Source: an uncultured Actinomycetes bacterium (GTDB lineage Bacteria; Actinomycetota; UBA4738; HRBIN12). From it: a stretch of 64,000 nucleotides of DNA. Each line of letters begins with the position of its first letter. Position 1 is the first letter of the stretch. The stretch spans positions 2,816,001 through 2,880,000 of the forward strand of contig OY969934.1 of NCBI GenBank assembly GCA_963704725.1, read 5' to 3'. Position numbers and translations under genes: made by a program. This document shows positions 48,625 through 57,803 of the stretch, piece by piece. The notes under the pieces were generated by a model. It was not told where the DNA came from and searched no databases. It was given only the letters and a program-made list of their open reading frames with translations.

Positions 48625-50219
48625 GACCACGCCTTCGACATCGCCTCGTCCTCCACCGCGCGGCGATCGACCTTCCCGGTGGACGTGGTGGGGAGCCCGG
48701 CCCGCACCTCGACACCCACCGGGATCATGTGGCGGGGCAGCCGGCGCGCCGCCCCCCGCTTGAGATCGAGCGCGGTCACCTCCGCCCCGTCCCTCGGAAC
48801 GACGTACGCGACGATCGCCTTCCCCCAATCCTCATGAGGAACCGCCACCGCGACCGCGATCTCGACGGCGGGATCGGCGTTCAGCGCCGCCTCGATCTCG
48901 CCGAGCTCGATGCGGTAGCCGCGGCTCTTGACCTGGTGGTCACGGCGACCGAGGAAGTCGTAGTCGCCGTCCGGTCGGAGCCGGACGAGATCTCCCGTCC
49001 GGTAGACCGGCTGGGGAAGCTCGGGCCGGAGCGGATCGCGGACGAGGACCTCCGCCGAGCGCTCGGGCCGGCCCCAGTACCCCTGCATGACCGCCGATCC
49101 CCGAACGTAGAGCTCGCCCTCCTCGCCCACGGCGGCGAGCGTCCCATCCTCCCGGAGCGCGAACACGTCCGTGTTCTCGCACGCGCGTCCGATCGGGATC
49201 GTGGCGTCGTCCTCCGGAAGATCGCGCACCGGGTAGTAGGTGCAGACGTTCGTCTCGGTGGGTCCGTAGAGGTTCCACAGGTCGGCGTTCGGAACGAGGG
49301 TGCGGAGCGCTCGCAGGTGTTTCGTGGGGTAGACCTCGCCGGCGAACACCACGGCCCGCAGGTCGGGGATCGTGTCCCCCTCACGCGACGCGCGCGTCAG
49401 CACCATGAGGGCGGACGGGACCGAGTACCACACGGTGATCCGCTCCCGGCGCACGAACTCGGCCAGGTCGCGGCCGAAGTACGCCCACTCCTCAGGGACG
49501 ACCGTCACGGTGGCGCCGCCGAACGCGGCCACGTAGAAGTCGAAGACCGACAGGTCGAAGTGGAGCGGCGCGTGGTTCGAGAAACGGTCCTCGGGGCCGG
49601 TCCCGATCGCCGACGCGCACCACTCGACGAACGTGAGGGCGTGCCGGTGCGTGAGCATGACGCCCTTCGGCACGCCCGTCGACCCGGACGTGTAGAGGAT
49701 GTAGGCGAGGTCGGTGTCGATGACGGGGATCCGCACCTCGGTCGGGCCGGAGCGCACGACGTCGTCGAACCGCACGGTCGCCAGGCCGGGGAGGGAGGCG
49801 TCACCGTCGCCGACGAGGATCGCGAGGCGCGGCCGGTGGCCCTCGAGCGCGTCGAGCAGCCCGGGTGCCCGGTCCGCGGTGGACACGATCGCGCTCACCG
49901 TGCAGTCCCTGGCGATGGCCCCGGCGCGCAGGACGGGCGATTTCGGATCGATCGGCACGTACGCCGCCCCCGCCCGCAGCACGCCGTACATCGCCGTCAC
50001 CGTCTCGACGCCCTTCGGTGCGTAGAGCGCGACGCGGTCGCCCCGGCCGACGCCCGCGTCCAGGAGCGCTGCAGCGACGGCCGCGGAGCCGCGCGCCAGC
50101 TCCCCGTACGTGAGCGATCGCCCGTGGCTGCGGATCGCCTCGTGGTCGGGCGACGAACCCGCGACCCGGTCCACCAGTTGATGCAGCGCGAAGACCGACA
50201 CCCCGTTGCTCCTCGTCAT
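48615..50219 (-). CDS. Standalone amino-acid adenylation enzyme (PltF/RedM-like prolyl-carrier ligase)
   Basis: YILYTSGSTG.PKG, NHAPLHFDLS, WYSVPS, FAGEV, NLYGPTETNVC, YRTGD, GYRIELGEIE, TGKVDR. Confidence 0.82.
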   Translation of the reverse strand: MTRSNGVSVFALHQLVDRVAGSSPDHEAIRSHGRSLTYGELARGSAAVAAALLDAGVGRGDRVALYAPKGVETVTAMYGVLRAGAAYVPIDPKSPVLRAGAIARDCTVSAIVSTADRAPGLLDALEGHRPRLAILVGDGDASLPGLATVRFDDVVRSGPTEVRIPVIDTDLAYILYTSGSTGVPKGVMLTHRHALTFVEWCASAIGTGPEDRFSNHAPLHFDLSVFDFYVAAFGGATVTVVPEEWAYFGRDLAEFVRRERITVWYSVPSALMVLTRASREGDTIPDLRAVVFAGEVYPTKHLRALRTLVPNADLWNLYGPTETNVCTYYPVRDLPEDDATIPIGRACENTDVFALREDGTLAAVGEEGELYVRGSAVMQGYWGRPERSAEVLVRDPLRPELPQPVYRTGDLVRLRPDGDYDFLGRRDHQVKSRGYRIELGEIEAALNADPAVEIAVAVAVPHEDWGKAIVAYVVPRDGAEVTALDLKRGAARRLPRHMIPVGVEVRAGLPTTSTGKVDRRAVEDEAMSKAWSWE

Positions 50220-50232
50220 GCGAACGCCCGCC

Positions 50233-51399
50233 TCACAGCCCGAGACGCTTGGCGATGATCCGGCGCTGGATCTCCGACGTCCCCGAGTAGATCCGCCCCC
50301 CGACCGCGTCGCGGAGCGCGCGCTCGATCTCGAACTCCGTCGTGTAGCCGTACCCGCCGTGGATCTGCACCGCGTCGAGGTGGGTCCGGACGTTCGCCTC
50401 GCTGATGAAGAGCTTGGCGATCGCGGATTCGAGCGTCGTCTCGCGGCCTTGGTCCATGAGCCATCCGACGCGGAGGGCCAGCGCGCGACCGGCGTCCACC
50501 GCGACGCGCATGTCGGCGATCTTGTCCGAGACGGACTCGAACCGCCCGATCGGCTGTCCGAACTGCCGGCGATCCTTCGCGTACCGGATGCAGGTCTCCA
50601 TCGTGCGACGCATGAGGCCGACCTGGCTCGCCATGATGCACGCGCGCTCCCACTGCATCGAGCGCATGAAGACCTCGGCCCCCCGGCCGACGCGGCCGAG
50701 GACCGCGTCGTCGGGAACGAAGCACTCGTCGAACGCGACCTCCGCCATCGGTGAGGTCCGCAGGCCCATCTTGTCGATCTCGCCGGTGGCGTCCATCCCG
50801 GGAGTGCCGCCCGGGACGATGAACGCGGTGATCCCGTAGGGTCCGATCCCCTCGCTCGTCCTGGCGAACGCGATGAGCAGGTCCGCGACCGGCGCGTTGG
50901 AGATGAACGTCTTCCGGCCCTTCAGGACCCAGCCACCCGGAGCCCGCATGGCGGAGGTCGTGATCGAGAACGGATCGGAGCCCGCGTCGGGCTCCGTCAT
51001 GGCATGGCAGCCCACGAGGGCGCCCGAGCAGAGCCCGGGGAGCCAGGTCCGCCGCTGGTCCTCGGTCCCGAAGTGCCACAGCGGAACGACGCTCGTCCAC
51101 ATGTGTGCGTTGATGGCGAAGACGAGCCCGTTGTCGACGCATCCGTAGCCGAGGGCCTCGAGCGCGAGGATGGTCGTCACGACGTCGGCACCGCCGCCGC
51201 CGTACTCCTCCGGAGCCGGCAGCCCGTGGATCCCGAACTCCCCGCACCGATCCCACACCTCGCGCGGGAAGATGGCGTCGCGATCGTGGGCGCGGACGTC
51301 GTCTCGGGGCAGGGTGCGGGCGAAGCCGACGACGGCGTCGTAGAACGCCGCCTGCTCGGGCGTCACCCACTCGAGGAGGGGCGGCGCCGTGACCGTCAC
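50233..51399 (-). CDS. Acyl-CoA dehydrogenase family (PltE/RedW-like prolyl-PCP dehydrogenase)
   Basis: LEALGYGC.DNGL.F.INAH, AMTEP.AGSD, KMGLRTSP, RQFGQPI, QIHGGYGY, IYSGTSEIQR. Confidence 0.82.
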   Translation of the reverse strand: MTVTAPPLLEWVTPEQAAFYDAVVGFARTLPRDDVRAHDRDAIFPREVWDRCGEFGIHGLPAPEEYGGGGADVVTTILALEALGYGCVDNGLVFAINAHMWTSVVPLWHFGTEDQRRTWLPGLCSGALVGCHAMTEPDAGSDPFSITTSAMRAPGGWVLKGRKTFISNAPVADLLIAFARTSEGIGPYGITAFIVPGGTPGMDATGEIDKMGLRTSPMAEVAFDECFVPDDAVLGRVGRGAEVFMRSMQWERACIMASQVGLMRRTMETCIRYAKDRRQFGQPIGRFESVSDKIADMRVAVDAGRALALRVGWLMDQGRETTLESAIAKLFISEANVRTHLDAVQIHGGYGYTTEFEIERALRDAVGGRIYSGTSEIQRRIIAKRLGL

Positions 51400-51641
51400 G
51401 CGGCGGCGACCTTCCGTTCCACCAGGGCGGCGATGTCCTGGACCGTGCCGAAGTGCGCCGACGTGAGCTCCTGGTCGTCGACCTCGATCTCGAACCGCTC
51501 CTCGATGAACGTGATCAGCTGCATGAGCCCGACGGAGTCGAGCACACCCCCCCACAGCGGGGTGTCGTCGCTCAGCTGTGTGTCGTCGTCCAGGAGCAGC
51601 TCGGTCTTGATGTAGTCCCGGATGCTTGCGGCACGGTCCAT
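51396..51641 (-). CDS. Acyl/peptidyl carrier protein
   Basis: 81 aa, acidic; GVLDSVG phosphopantetheine site; ATG after GGAGG. Confidence 0.9.
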   Translation of the reverse strand: MDRAASIRDYIKTELLLDDDTQLSDDTPLWGGVLDSVGLMQLITFIEERFEIEVDDQELTSAHFGTVQDIAALVERKVAAA

Positions 51642-51681
51642 GGTTCCTCCCCGGCGTCCTTGGCTCGATCGTGGAACGGCG

Positions 51682-52038
51682 TCAGGCGGCCGAGCCGCTC
51701 TTGAGCTCGACGATGCGCTTGATCGCCGAGGCCCGACGCCGGAAGCACTGTCGGCGCGAGATCCCCAGCGTCCTCGCGATGCTCGTGGCCGGCTCCTGCA
51801 CGACGTACCACAGATACAGGAGCCGGCGATCCGGCTCGCTCAGGTGCTGCATCCGTCGGCGCAGCTCCGACCGCTCGTCCAGCCGGTCCAGGAGCCCGGT
51901 TCCGATGCCGTCGGCCATCTCGCTGGAGCGCCTCGCGGCCCCCACCAGCAGCACCGAAGACGAGGTCGGCTGCCACCAGTCCGTGTACGTGATGAGCCCG
52001 CGGACCACGTCGGATGCGGAGTCGAGAATCGCCGACAT
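51682..52038 (-). CDS. Small sigma-70 region-4-like HTH protein
   Basis: LSEPDRRLLYLWY......SIARTLGISRRQCFRRR..AI; no region 2 visible. Confidence 0.65.
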   Translation of the reverse strand: MSAILDSASDVVRGLITYTDWWQPTSSSVLLVGAARRSSEMADGIGTGLLDRLDERSELRRRMQHLSEPDRRLLYLWYVVQEPATSIARTLGISRRQCFRRRASAIKRIVELKSGSAA

Positions 52039-52046
52039 CTTGCAGG

Positions 52047-53831
52047 CTACTCCTTCGTGGCGGGACGCGACAGGTGGGGGATACCCTCATCCGATCTCGT
52101 CGCCTCGCCGTTCCCGTGCGCGGCGGCCTCGCCGTTCCCGTGCGCGGCGCCGCCGTTCGTCTCGTGAACCAGCACGACGGGCGGAGCCGGCGGTTTCGAG
52201 GACGCCGACCGATCTCGTGCCGGAGCCTGGTAGCGGTACCGCGAGCGATCGGTGGCCTGCCGGATGAGACCCCGGGCCACCCCGTTCAGGATGACGCCGG
52301 TGACGGGCGCCTTGAGGAGCCCGAGGACCTCGGCGGTCCGCCGAGCCGATCCCGCATCGGTCGCCCCCGCGCGCGCTACCACGATGACCGCGTCGACCGA
52401 CGGGATCAGCTGGGTCCAGTCGCTCGCCGTGAGCACAGGCGACGTGTCGACGACGATGACGTCGGCCGACGAGCGCAGGGCGGCGAGCAGCTCCTGGACG
52501 CGATCGGACCCGAAGAGGCCGGCCGTCCTGTTGGGCACCCGCCCGGTGGAGATCACGCGTAGGCCCTCGAGCGCCGTGTCCTGCAGCACCGACTCGAGCC
52601 GAACGGCCCCGCCCTCGAGGAACTCGGTCAGGCCGGGCTCCAGCGCGACGCCGAGCGCGGCGTGCAACGTCGGGTGACGATAGTCGGCGCCCACGACCAC
52701 GACGCGCTTGCCGTTCTCCGCGAACGTGGCGGCGAGGTTGGCCGCCACGGTCGACCGTCCCTCGCGCGGTTCACCGCTCGTCACGAGCACCGTGTGCGCG
52801 AAGCCGGCGTCGCCCTGGCCCTCACCCGGCGAGCCCTGCTGCCAGCCCAGCTGCAGGGACGCGGCGAGGAGCCGGAACGCGTTCGCGGCGGGACCCCGCG
52901 GTGCGGTCTCCATGAGGAGGGCGGCGCGGCGCCGCCTCCCCGTCGACGGGATCACCGCGAGCACGGGGAGCCCGTAGGCGTCCTCCGCGGCGGGCTTCCT
53001 CCGGATCCTGGTGTCGAACCGCTCCAGCAGGAGCGCCAGCGCGATCCCGAGCAGCAGTCCGATCCCGCCGGCGATCGCCAGGCGGATCGTCCGCGAGCGC
53101 GGCGCCTGGATGCCGGGGTCGGTGGCGACCCGCGTCGCGGTCGCGGGCTCCACGACCTCGTACCCGGCGAGGTTGCCGCCGGAGTCCGTGGACAGGTTGG
53201 TGAGCTGCTGCTGGAGGATCTGGCGTTGTCCGTCGAGCGAGTCGATCTGCGCCTGGATCTGAGAACCCTCCCCGCCTCCGGTGGACGGAACGGTCGAGTG
53301 GATCCCGCTGTCCCCGGCCGCCGGCGGCGGCAACTGGTCGGTGAGTCGCGCGATCCGCCGGTCGAGGCGGTCGATCTGACGCCGCAGCGACTCCACCTGG
53401 ACCGTGGTTCGGTCGGAGAGGAACCCGATGAGCTCGTTGGCGAACGTGTCCGCCACGAGCTTGGCGCGCGCGGCCGTCGGAGCCCTCGCCGTGATGTTCA
53501 GCAGCTGCGTCGTGTCGTCGGGCACGGCCGAGACGGTGGCGGCGAGCGCCGCAGGATCCCCGTCGAAGCTGATCGTGTCCGCGACCCGTCGCGGGACCTC
53601 GCCCAGGGTGGCCAGGGCGGCCACGGTGTCGAGGCTCCCGCCCCCCCGCACGCCGAAGCTCGTGGAGGTGCTGAGGAGGTAGGTCGTGGCCGTGAACCCG
53701 GTGCTCGGCGCCTCGACGTGCGAGGGCTCGTTCGGCGACAGCAGCCAGCCGACGGCGAGCGCGACGATGAGGCAGGCCAGGACGACCTTCCATCGCCGCG
53801 CGATGCCGCCGAGGTATTCGGTCAGACCCAT
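52047..53831 (-). CDS. Second Wzz/Wzc-like copolymerase with degenerate kinase domain
   Basis: EYL..IARRWK, coiled coil, TM, Walker A GEPREGRST (K to R), VVDTSP, weak Tyr tail. Confidence 0.8.
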   Translation of the reverse strand: MGLTEYLGGIARRWKVVLACLIVALAVGWLLSPNEPSHVEAPSTGFTATTYLLSTSTSFGVRGGGSLDTVAALATLGEVPRRVADTISFDGDPAALAATVSAVPDDTTQLLNITARAPTAARAKLVADTFANELIGFLSDRTTVQVESLRRQIDRLDRRIARLTDQLPPPAAGDSGIHSTVPSTGGGEGSQIQAQIDSLDGQRQILQQQLTNLSTDSGGNLAGYEVVEPATATRVATDPGIQAPRSRTIRLAIAGGIGLLLGIALALLLERFDTRIRRKPAAEDAYGLPVLAVIPSTGRRRRAALLMETAPRGPAANAFRLLAASLQLGWQQGSPGEGQGDAGFAHTVLVTSGEPREGRSTVAANLAATFAENGKRVVVVGADYRHPTLHAALGVALEPGLTEFLEGGAVRLESVLQDTALEGLRVISTGRVPNRTAGLFGSDRVQELLAALRSSADVIVVDTSPVLTASDWTQLIPSVDAVIVVARAGATDAGSARRTAEVLGLLKAPVTGVILNGVARGLIRQATDRSRYRYQAPARDRSASSKPPAPPVVLVHETNGGAAHGNGEAAAHGNGEATRSDEGIPHLSRPATKE

Positions 53832-54370
53832 GCGCGGTCACCTCCACCGCTCCTCGAGAGGAAGAGTCCGACTGCGGCCGCAGCGTTCGGCACCCCCAGC
53901 TTCGAGAAGATCTTCGTCTTGTGACGCTCCACGGTCTTCGGACTGATGCCGAGCTGGCGTGCGACCTGCTTGCCGGCGAGGCCCCGCGCCACCAGCGTGA
54001 GCACCTCGCTCTCGCGGCTCGTCAGGTGGTGCGGTCTGGCGTGCGGCGATCCACCGTTGGGGTTGAGCGCGGCGGCGAGCGAGGCGACGCGCGCCTCGGG
54101 CGAGACGCGGACGGATTCGCCGTCCGGGTCGTCGCCGCCGATGAACACGACGCGGATGCCGAGGCTCCGCAGCCGGCGGGCGGCGCTCTCCGCCTCGGGC
54201 ATCTCGGTGTCGATGGCCACGGCGTCCACCCGGTGGCCGAGCCGGACGACCTCGGTCTCGGTGGTGGCGGTCCCTACGGCGGCGATGCCCGGATACCGGC
54301 CCAGCGCCGTCGCCAGGCCCTCGGCGAACATGGCCTGCCGGTGGGCCACCACGACCGTGCAGACGGTCAT
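53822..54370 (-). CDS. LuxR/NarL-family regulator with atypical receiver
   Basis: LTSRESEVL.LVARG...KQVA..LGISPKTVERH; receiver has VAHRQ instead of an acidic pair. Confidence 0.82.
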   Translation of the reverse strand: MTVCTVVVAHRQAMFAEGLATALGRYPGIAAVGTATTETEVVRLGHRVDAVAIDTEMPEAESAARRLRSLGIRVVFIGGDDPDGESVRVSPEARVASLAAALNPNGGSPHARPHHLTSRESEVLTLVARGLAGKQVARQLGISPKTVERHKTKIFSKLGVPNAAAAVGLFLSRSGGGDRAWV

Positions 54371-56226
54371 ACGCGTACCACGTCCGGCACGAATCCGGTC
54401 TGCGCGAGGTCCTTCATCCGTCCGGCGAGGATCTCGTGGTCGTCCTGGAGGAGCTCGAGCTCGCGGAGCGCCCGCTTCAGGGCGGCCCGGTCGGGCGCCT
54501 CGGGGCGGGAGACCATGATGCCCTCGTGGCCGCTTGCCTCGGGGTGCTCCCGCGGGTCGAGCAGGTCCTCGATGAGCTTCTCCCCGGGGCGCCGCCCGAC
54601 CACGTCGATGCGGACGTCCTTGCCGGGGACCCGCCCGGAGAGATGGATCAGGCGCCGCGCCAGATCCAGGATGTTCACCGGCTCACCCATCTCGAGCGTG
54701 AACACCTCGCCCCCCTCCGACATCGCCGCGGCCTGCAGGACGAGACACACGGCCTCCTGGATGCTCATGAAGAACCGGGCCATCGAGGGATCGGTGACGG
54801 TGAGGGGGCCGCCGGCCGCGATCTGCCGGAGGAACGTCGGGACGACGCTGCCCCGGCTCCCGAGCACGTTGCCGAATCGAACCGCGCACATGACGGATCC
54901 GGTGGCCTGCAGGCTCCGGACGATCTGCTCCGCGAACCACTTCGAGGAGCCCATCACGCTCTCCGGGCGGACCGCCTTGTCGGTGGAGACCAGGACGAAC
55001 CGGCCCACGCCGACCGCAGAGGCGGCCTCCGCCACGTTGGCGGTGCCGAGCACGTTCGTGCGGAAGGCCTCGGCGGGGTGGGTCTCCAGCAGCGGGACGT
55101 GCTTGTGGGCGGCGGCGTGGAAGACCACGTCGGGCCGCTCGGAGAAGAAGACCTCGAGCACCCGGTCCCGGTCGCGGACGTCGGCCAGCGCGCAGCTCAC
55201 CGGCAGCGCCGGGTCGAGGTCCGACATCACGTCGTGCAGATGGGTCTCGTCGTGGTCGAGGAGCGTCACGTGCTCGGGCTCGAACGTGAGGACCTGGCGG
55301 ACGATCTCCGATCCGATCGAGCCCCCGGCGCCCGTGATCAGCACCCGCTGCCCGGCGAGCATGGTGCGGACCGCCTCGTCGTCCATCGCCACCTGCTGCC
55401 GCCCCAGGAGGTCCTCGATGCTCAGGTCGCGGATGTCGCGGGCGGTGACCCGCCCGCGAACGGTCTCTCGGACCGTGGGGAGCACGCGCAGGGTCAGCCC
55501 CACCTCCTCGCACCGCGACGCGACGTCGCGGACGAGGTCGCTCGTCGCCGACGGGATCGCCAGGAGCACCTGGTCGGCCTGCGTCCGCCTGGCGATCGCG
55601 TCCAGCGCCGCGCGCGAACCCTGCACCCGGATGCCGTGCAGCGACAGTCCGACCTTCCGCGGGTCGTCGTCGACGTATCCGACCGGCACCAGGCCGAGCT
55701 CGTGGCTGCGCAGGATGTCGCGGACCACCATGGACCCGGCCTCGCCGGCTCCCACCACGAGGACCCGGGTCGGCTCGTCATGGGCGACGCGCCGCCGGAA
55801 GGCGAACAGGCGACTCTGGAAACGGACCGCACCGAACGCGATGAACGCGAGCGTGGGACCGAACACGGCCACCGACAGCGGGATCACGTGGACCTCCACC
55901 GCGGTCACCTCAACCAGAGCCACCACGGCCCCCAGGGCCGTCACCCCGGCCAGCACGACCCGGCGCGCTTCCTGGACGCTCGCGTATCGCCACATCTGCC
56001 CGTACAGGCCGAACAGGAAGTTGCAGGCAACGTGGATCAGGACGATCGCCGGAAGGAACCGCCAGAACGAGTGCCACCAGCTGGGCTCCACCGTTCCCTC
56101 GAGGCGGACAACCAGGCTTCCCAGGTAGGAGCCGATGACCAGCAGGATGTCCAACAGCACCAGTGGCGCATCGCTCCGGACCCTGGCGACGATTCGCGAG
56201 GCGGCGTTGACCGGCTCCTCGGTCAT
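54367..56226 (-). CDS. Membrane-anchored UDP-HexNAc 4,6-dehydratase (CapD/PglF/WbpM-like)
   Basis: GAGEAG, IEDLLGR, TGAGGSIGSE, HAAAHKHVP, STDKAV.P..VMG..K, RFGNVLGSRGSV; alternative start at 56304. Confidence 0.9.
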   Translation of the reverse strand: MTEEPVNAASRIVARVRSDAPLVLLDILLVIGSYLGSLVVRLEGTVEPSWWHSFWRFLPAIVLIHVACNFLFGLYGQMWRYASVQEARRVVLAGVTALGAVVALVEVTAVEVHVIPLSVAVFGPTLAFIAFGAVRFQSRLFAFRRRVAHDEPTRVLVVGAGEAGSMVVRDILRSHELGLVPVGYVDDDPRKVGLSLHGIRVQGSRAALDAIARRTQADQVLLAIPSATSDLVRDVASRCEEVGLTLRVLPTVRETVRGRVTARDIRDLSIEDLLGRQQVAMDDEAVRTMLAGQRVLITGAGGSIGSEIVRQVLTFEPEHVTLLDHDETHLHDVMSDLDPALPVSCALADVRDRDRVLEVFFSERPDVVFHAAAHKHVPLLETHPAEAFRTNVLGTANVAEAASAVGVGRFVLVSTDKAVRPESVMGSSKWFAEQIVRSLQATGSVMCAVRFGNVLGSRGSVVPTFLRQIAAGGPLTVTDPSMARFFMSIQEAVCLVLQAAAMSEGGEVFTLEMGEPVNILDLARRLIHLSGRVPGKDVRIDVVGRRPGEKLIEDLLDPREHPEASGHEGIMVSRPEAPDRAALKRALRELELLQDDHEILAGRMKDLAQTGFVPDVVRV

Positions 56227-56311
56227 GACATCCTGCACGGGCCCTCCTGCCGAAGGAAAACGAAGTCCCGAGTCTAGGTAAGGCGGATCTGCGCTCTCAT
56301 CCATCGCCGCG

Positions 56312-56326
56312 CGTATCTTGCCTACG
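56312..56326 (-). promoter_or_regulatory. Operator-like site upstream of the 4,6-dehydratase
   Basis: Minus strand CGTAGGCAAGATACG. Confidence 0.5.
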
Positions 56327-57164
56327 TCAGGGCGCGTACCCCGCCGACCGGCCCGGTGAGCTCGGCCAGCGTCTCGAGCACCTGGCTCGCGCTCATCGGG
56401 GCGATCCCGTAGCAGACCGCGGTCGACACGAGCCGCCCGAGGCCCTCCAGGGTTCGGCGCCCTCCCACCGCGGGGAGGTTCTGGCTCATCGCCGCGAACC
56501 GGTACAGGACGGACGAGCGAGAGACCGGCTCGAAGGGACCTGCCGGCCGGTCGCTGACCAGGCAGACGGCGTCGACCGAGGTCGGTCGGTCGAGGAAGAA
56601 CCGGTCGATGCGACCCTCCCACCCCGGCCCGACCAGGCGCTGCACCGCGTCCGGGGGGATCCGCAGCATCCTCGCCGCCGGGACGGCGCGGCCGGTGGCC
56701 GGATCGATCGCCACCCAGGTGGTCGCCGGCAGCCGCAGCCCGAGCCGCTCCGCCCGGCGGCTCTGGGGGGCCAGGGCGGGCGTGAACGAGGACGGGATCA
56801 GCGCGATCCCGCCGTCCCCGGCGAGCAGCGAGGCGTCGAGGTAGACGGCGTCTCGTCGAGCGCGGAACGTGTGCGATTCGATCTCGTCCAGGAACGCGCG
56901 GGCCAGGGTCCCGAGGTCGGCCGTCCGGCACACCGGCACGGTGCCCTTGTACAGGACGTGGAGGTTCCGCCGTCCCGCCCGCTCGTCGCCCTCGGCGACG
57001 ACCAGCGAGTAGAACGCGTCCGTCCACCGGGTCATCCGATGCTCGGCCAGGACCTCGTCGATCCAGGCGCCGACCCGCTCCGACGTCGTCCGCACGCCGA
57101 CGCGCGCGCCGCCGAGCTTGAACGTGCCTTCCACCACCCACCCGAGGTGGTCCAGCTTGACCAT
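56322..57164 (-). CDS. HPr kinase-like protein lacking the P-loop (putative pseudo-kinase)
   Basis: Colinear with the 21952-22878 kinase (AIDPATG vs LIDPRTG; EPVSRS vs EPIARA; GLGRLV...CY) but HAAA and GKS replaced. Confidence 0.6.
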   Translation of the reverse strand: MVKLDHLGWVVEGTFKLGGARVGVRTTSERVGAWIDEVLAEHRMTRWTDAFYSLVVAEGDERAGRRNLHVLYKGTVPVCRTADLGTLARAFLDEIESHTFRARRDAVYLDASLLAGDGGIALIPSSFTPALAPQSRRAERLGLRLPATTWVAIDPATGRAVPAARMLRIPPDAVQRLVGPGWEGRIDRFFLDRPTSVDAVCLVSDRPAGPFEPVSRSSVLYRFAAMSQNLPAVGGRRTLEGLGRLVSTAVCYGIAPMSASQVLETLAELTGPVGGVRALT

Positions 57165-57232
57165 TCAGGTGCTGCGCGGCTTGCCGATCCGAGCCCGTCT
57201 GCGGGCGTCGTACGGCCGCATCCCCGGCTCGG

Positions 57233-57517
57233 TCATCTGGCGGGCTCGGCGCGGCCGTTCATCAGGCCCAGCGATCGGAGCCTCCGGATCAGGGCCCGGA
57301 TCTCCGATTCGACCTGGTCGGCCGGTACGCCGAACGCGTCGGCCACCTCCGCCGCGAGCTCGCGGACCGTGGCGGTCCCGTCCAGGAGCCCGAAGACCAA
57401 CGTGGCCGAGGGGTTGAGGTGGTGGAGCTCACCCGAGCGCTCGTCGTAGATCACCGCCTCCCCGTCGAGCTCGACGACCGTGAGGTCCTCGCGGACGCGG
57501 GGGCGCGAGGCGGCCAC
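57233..57517 (-). CDS. PqqD-family/RRE protein
   Basis: ELDGEAVIYD..SGELHHLNPSA..VF.LLDG..TV.EL...L..LGL. Confidence 0.88.
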   Translation of the reverse strand: MAASRPRVREDLTVVELDGEAVIYDERSGELHHLNPSATLVFGLLDGTATVRELAAEVADAFGVPADQVESEIRALIRRLRSLGLMNGRAEPAR

Positions 57518-57518
57518 G

Positions 57519-57803
57519 TCACCCCTCCCAGCGAAGGATGCCCAGGCGCTCGAACTCGACCAGGGTCCGCCGGACGTCCTCGGTCACCACGTCGGCGTGC
57601 AGCCCGGACACCTCGCAGATCGCCTCCACCATCTCCTCGAGGGTGGTCTGTCCGTCGCAGAGCTCCCAGATCGCTCGCGCGGTCTCGTTCAGCAGGTGGA
57701 GCCCGCCGGTCGCCGGGTCGAAGACGGCGTTCTCGTTGCCGCTGGCCCGGAGCCAGACGCCCTCGCGACGCGCCGGACGTCCCTGCCGAACCTCGTTGGT
57801 CAT
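57519..57803 (-). CDS. PqqD-family/RRE protein
   Basis: ENAVFDP..GGLHLLNETARAIWELCDG..TLEEM...F..LGIL; ATGA overlap with upstream regulator. Confidence 0.88.
   Translation of the reverse strand: MTNEVRQGRPARREGVWLRASGNENAVFDPATGGLHLLNETARAIWELCDGQTTLEEMVEAICEVSGLHADVVTEDVRRTLVEFERLGILRWEG

Noticed and set aside
48615-51641. dlt (D-alanylation) operon
   Set aside because: No DltB/DltD; the linked acyl-CoA dehydrogenase fits prolyl-PCP oxidation better, though specificity is untested
44770-57803. PQQ biosynthesis
   Set aside because: Only PqqD-like domains; no PqqA, PqqB, PqqC or radical SAM PqqE in the window
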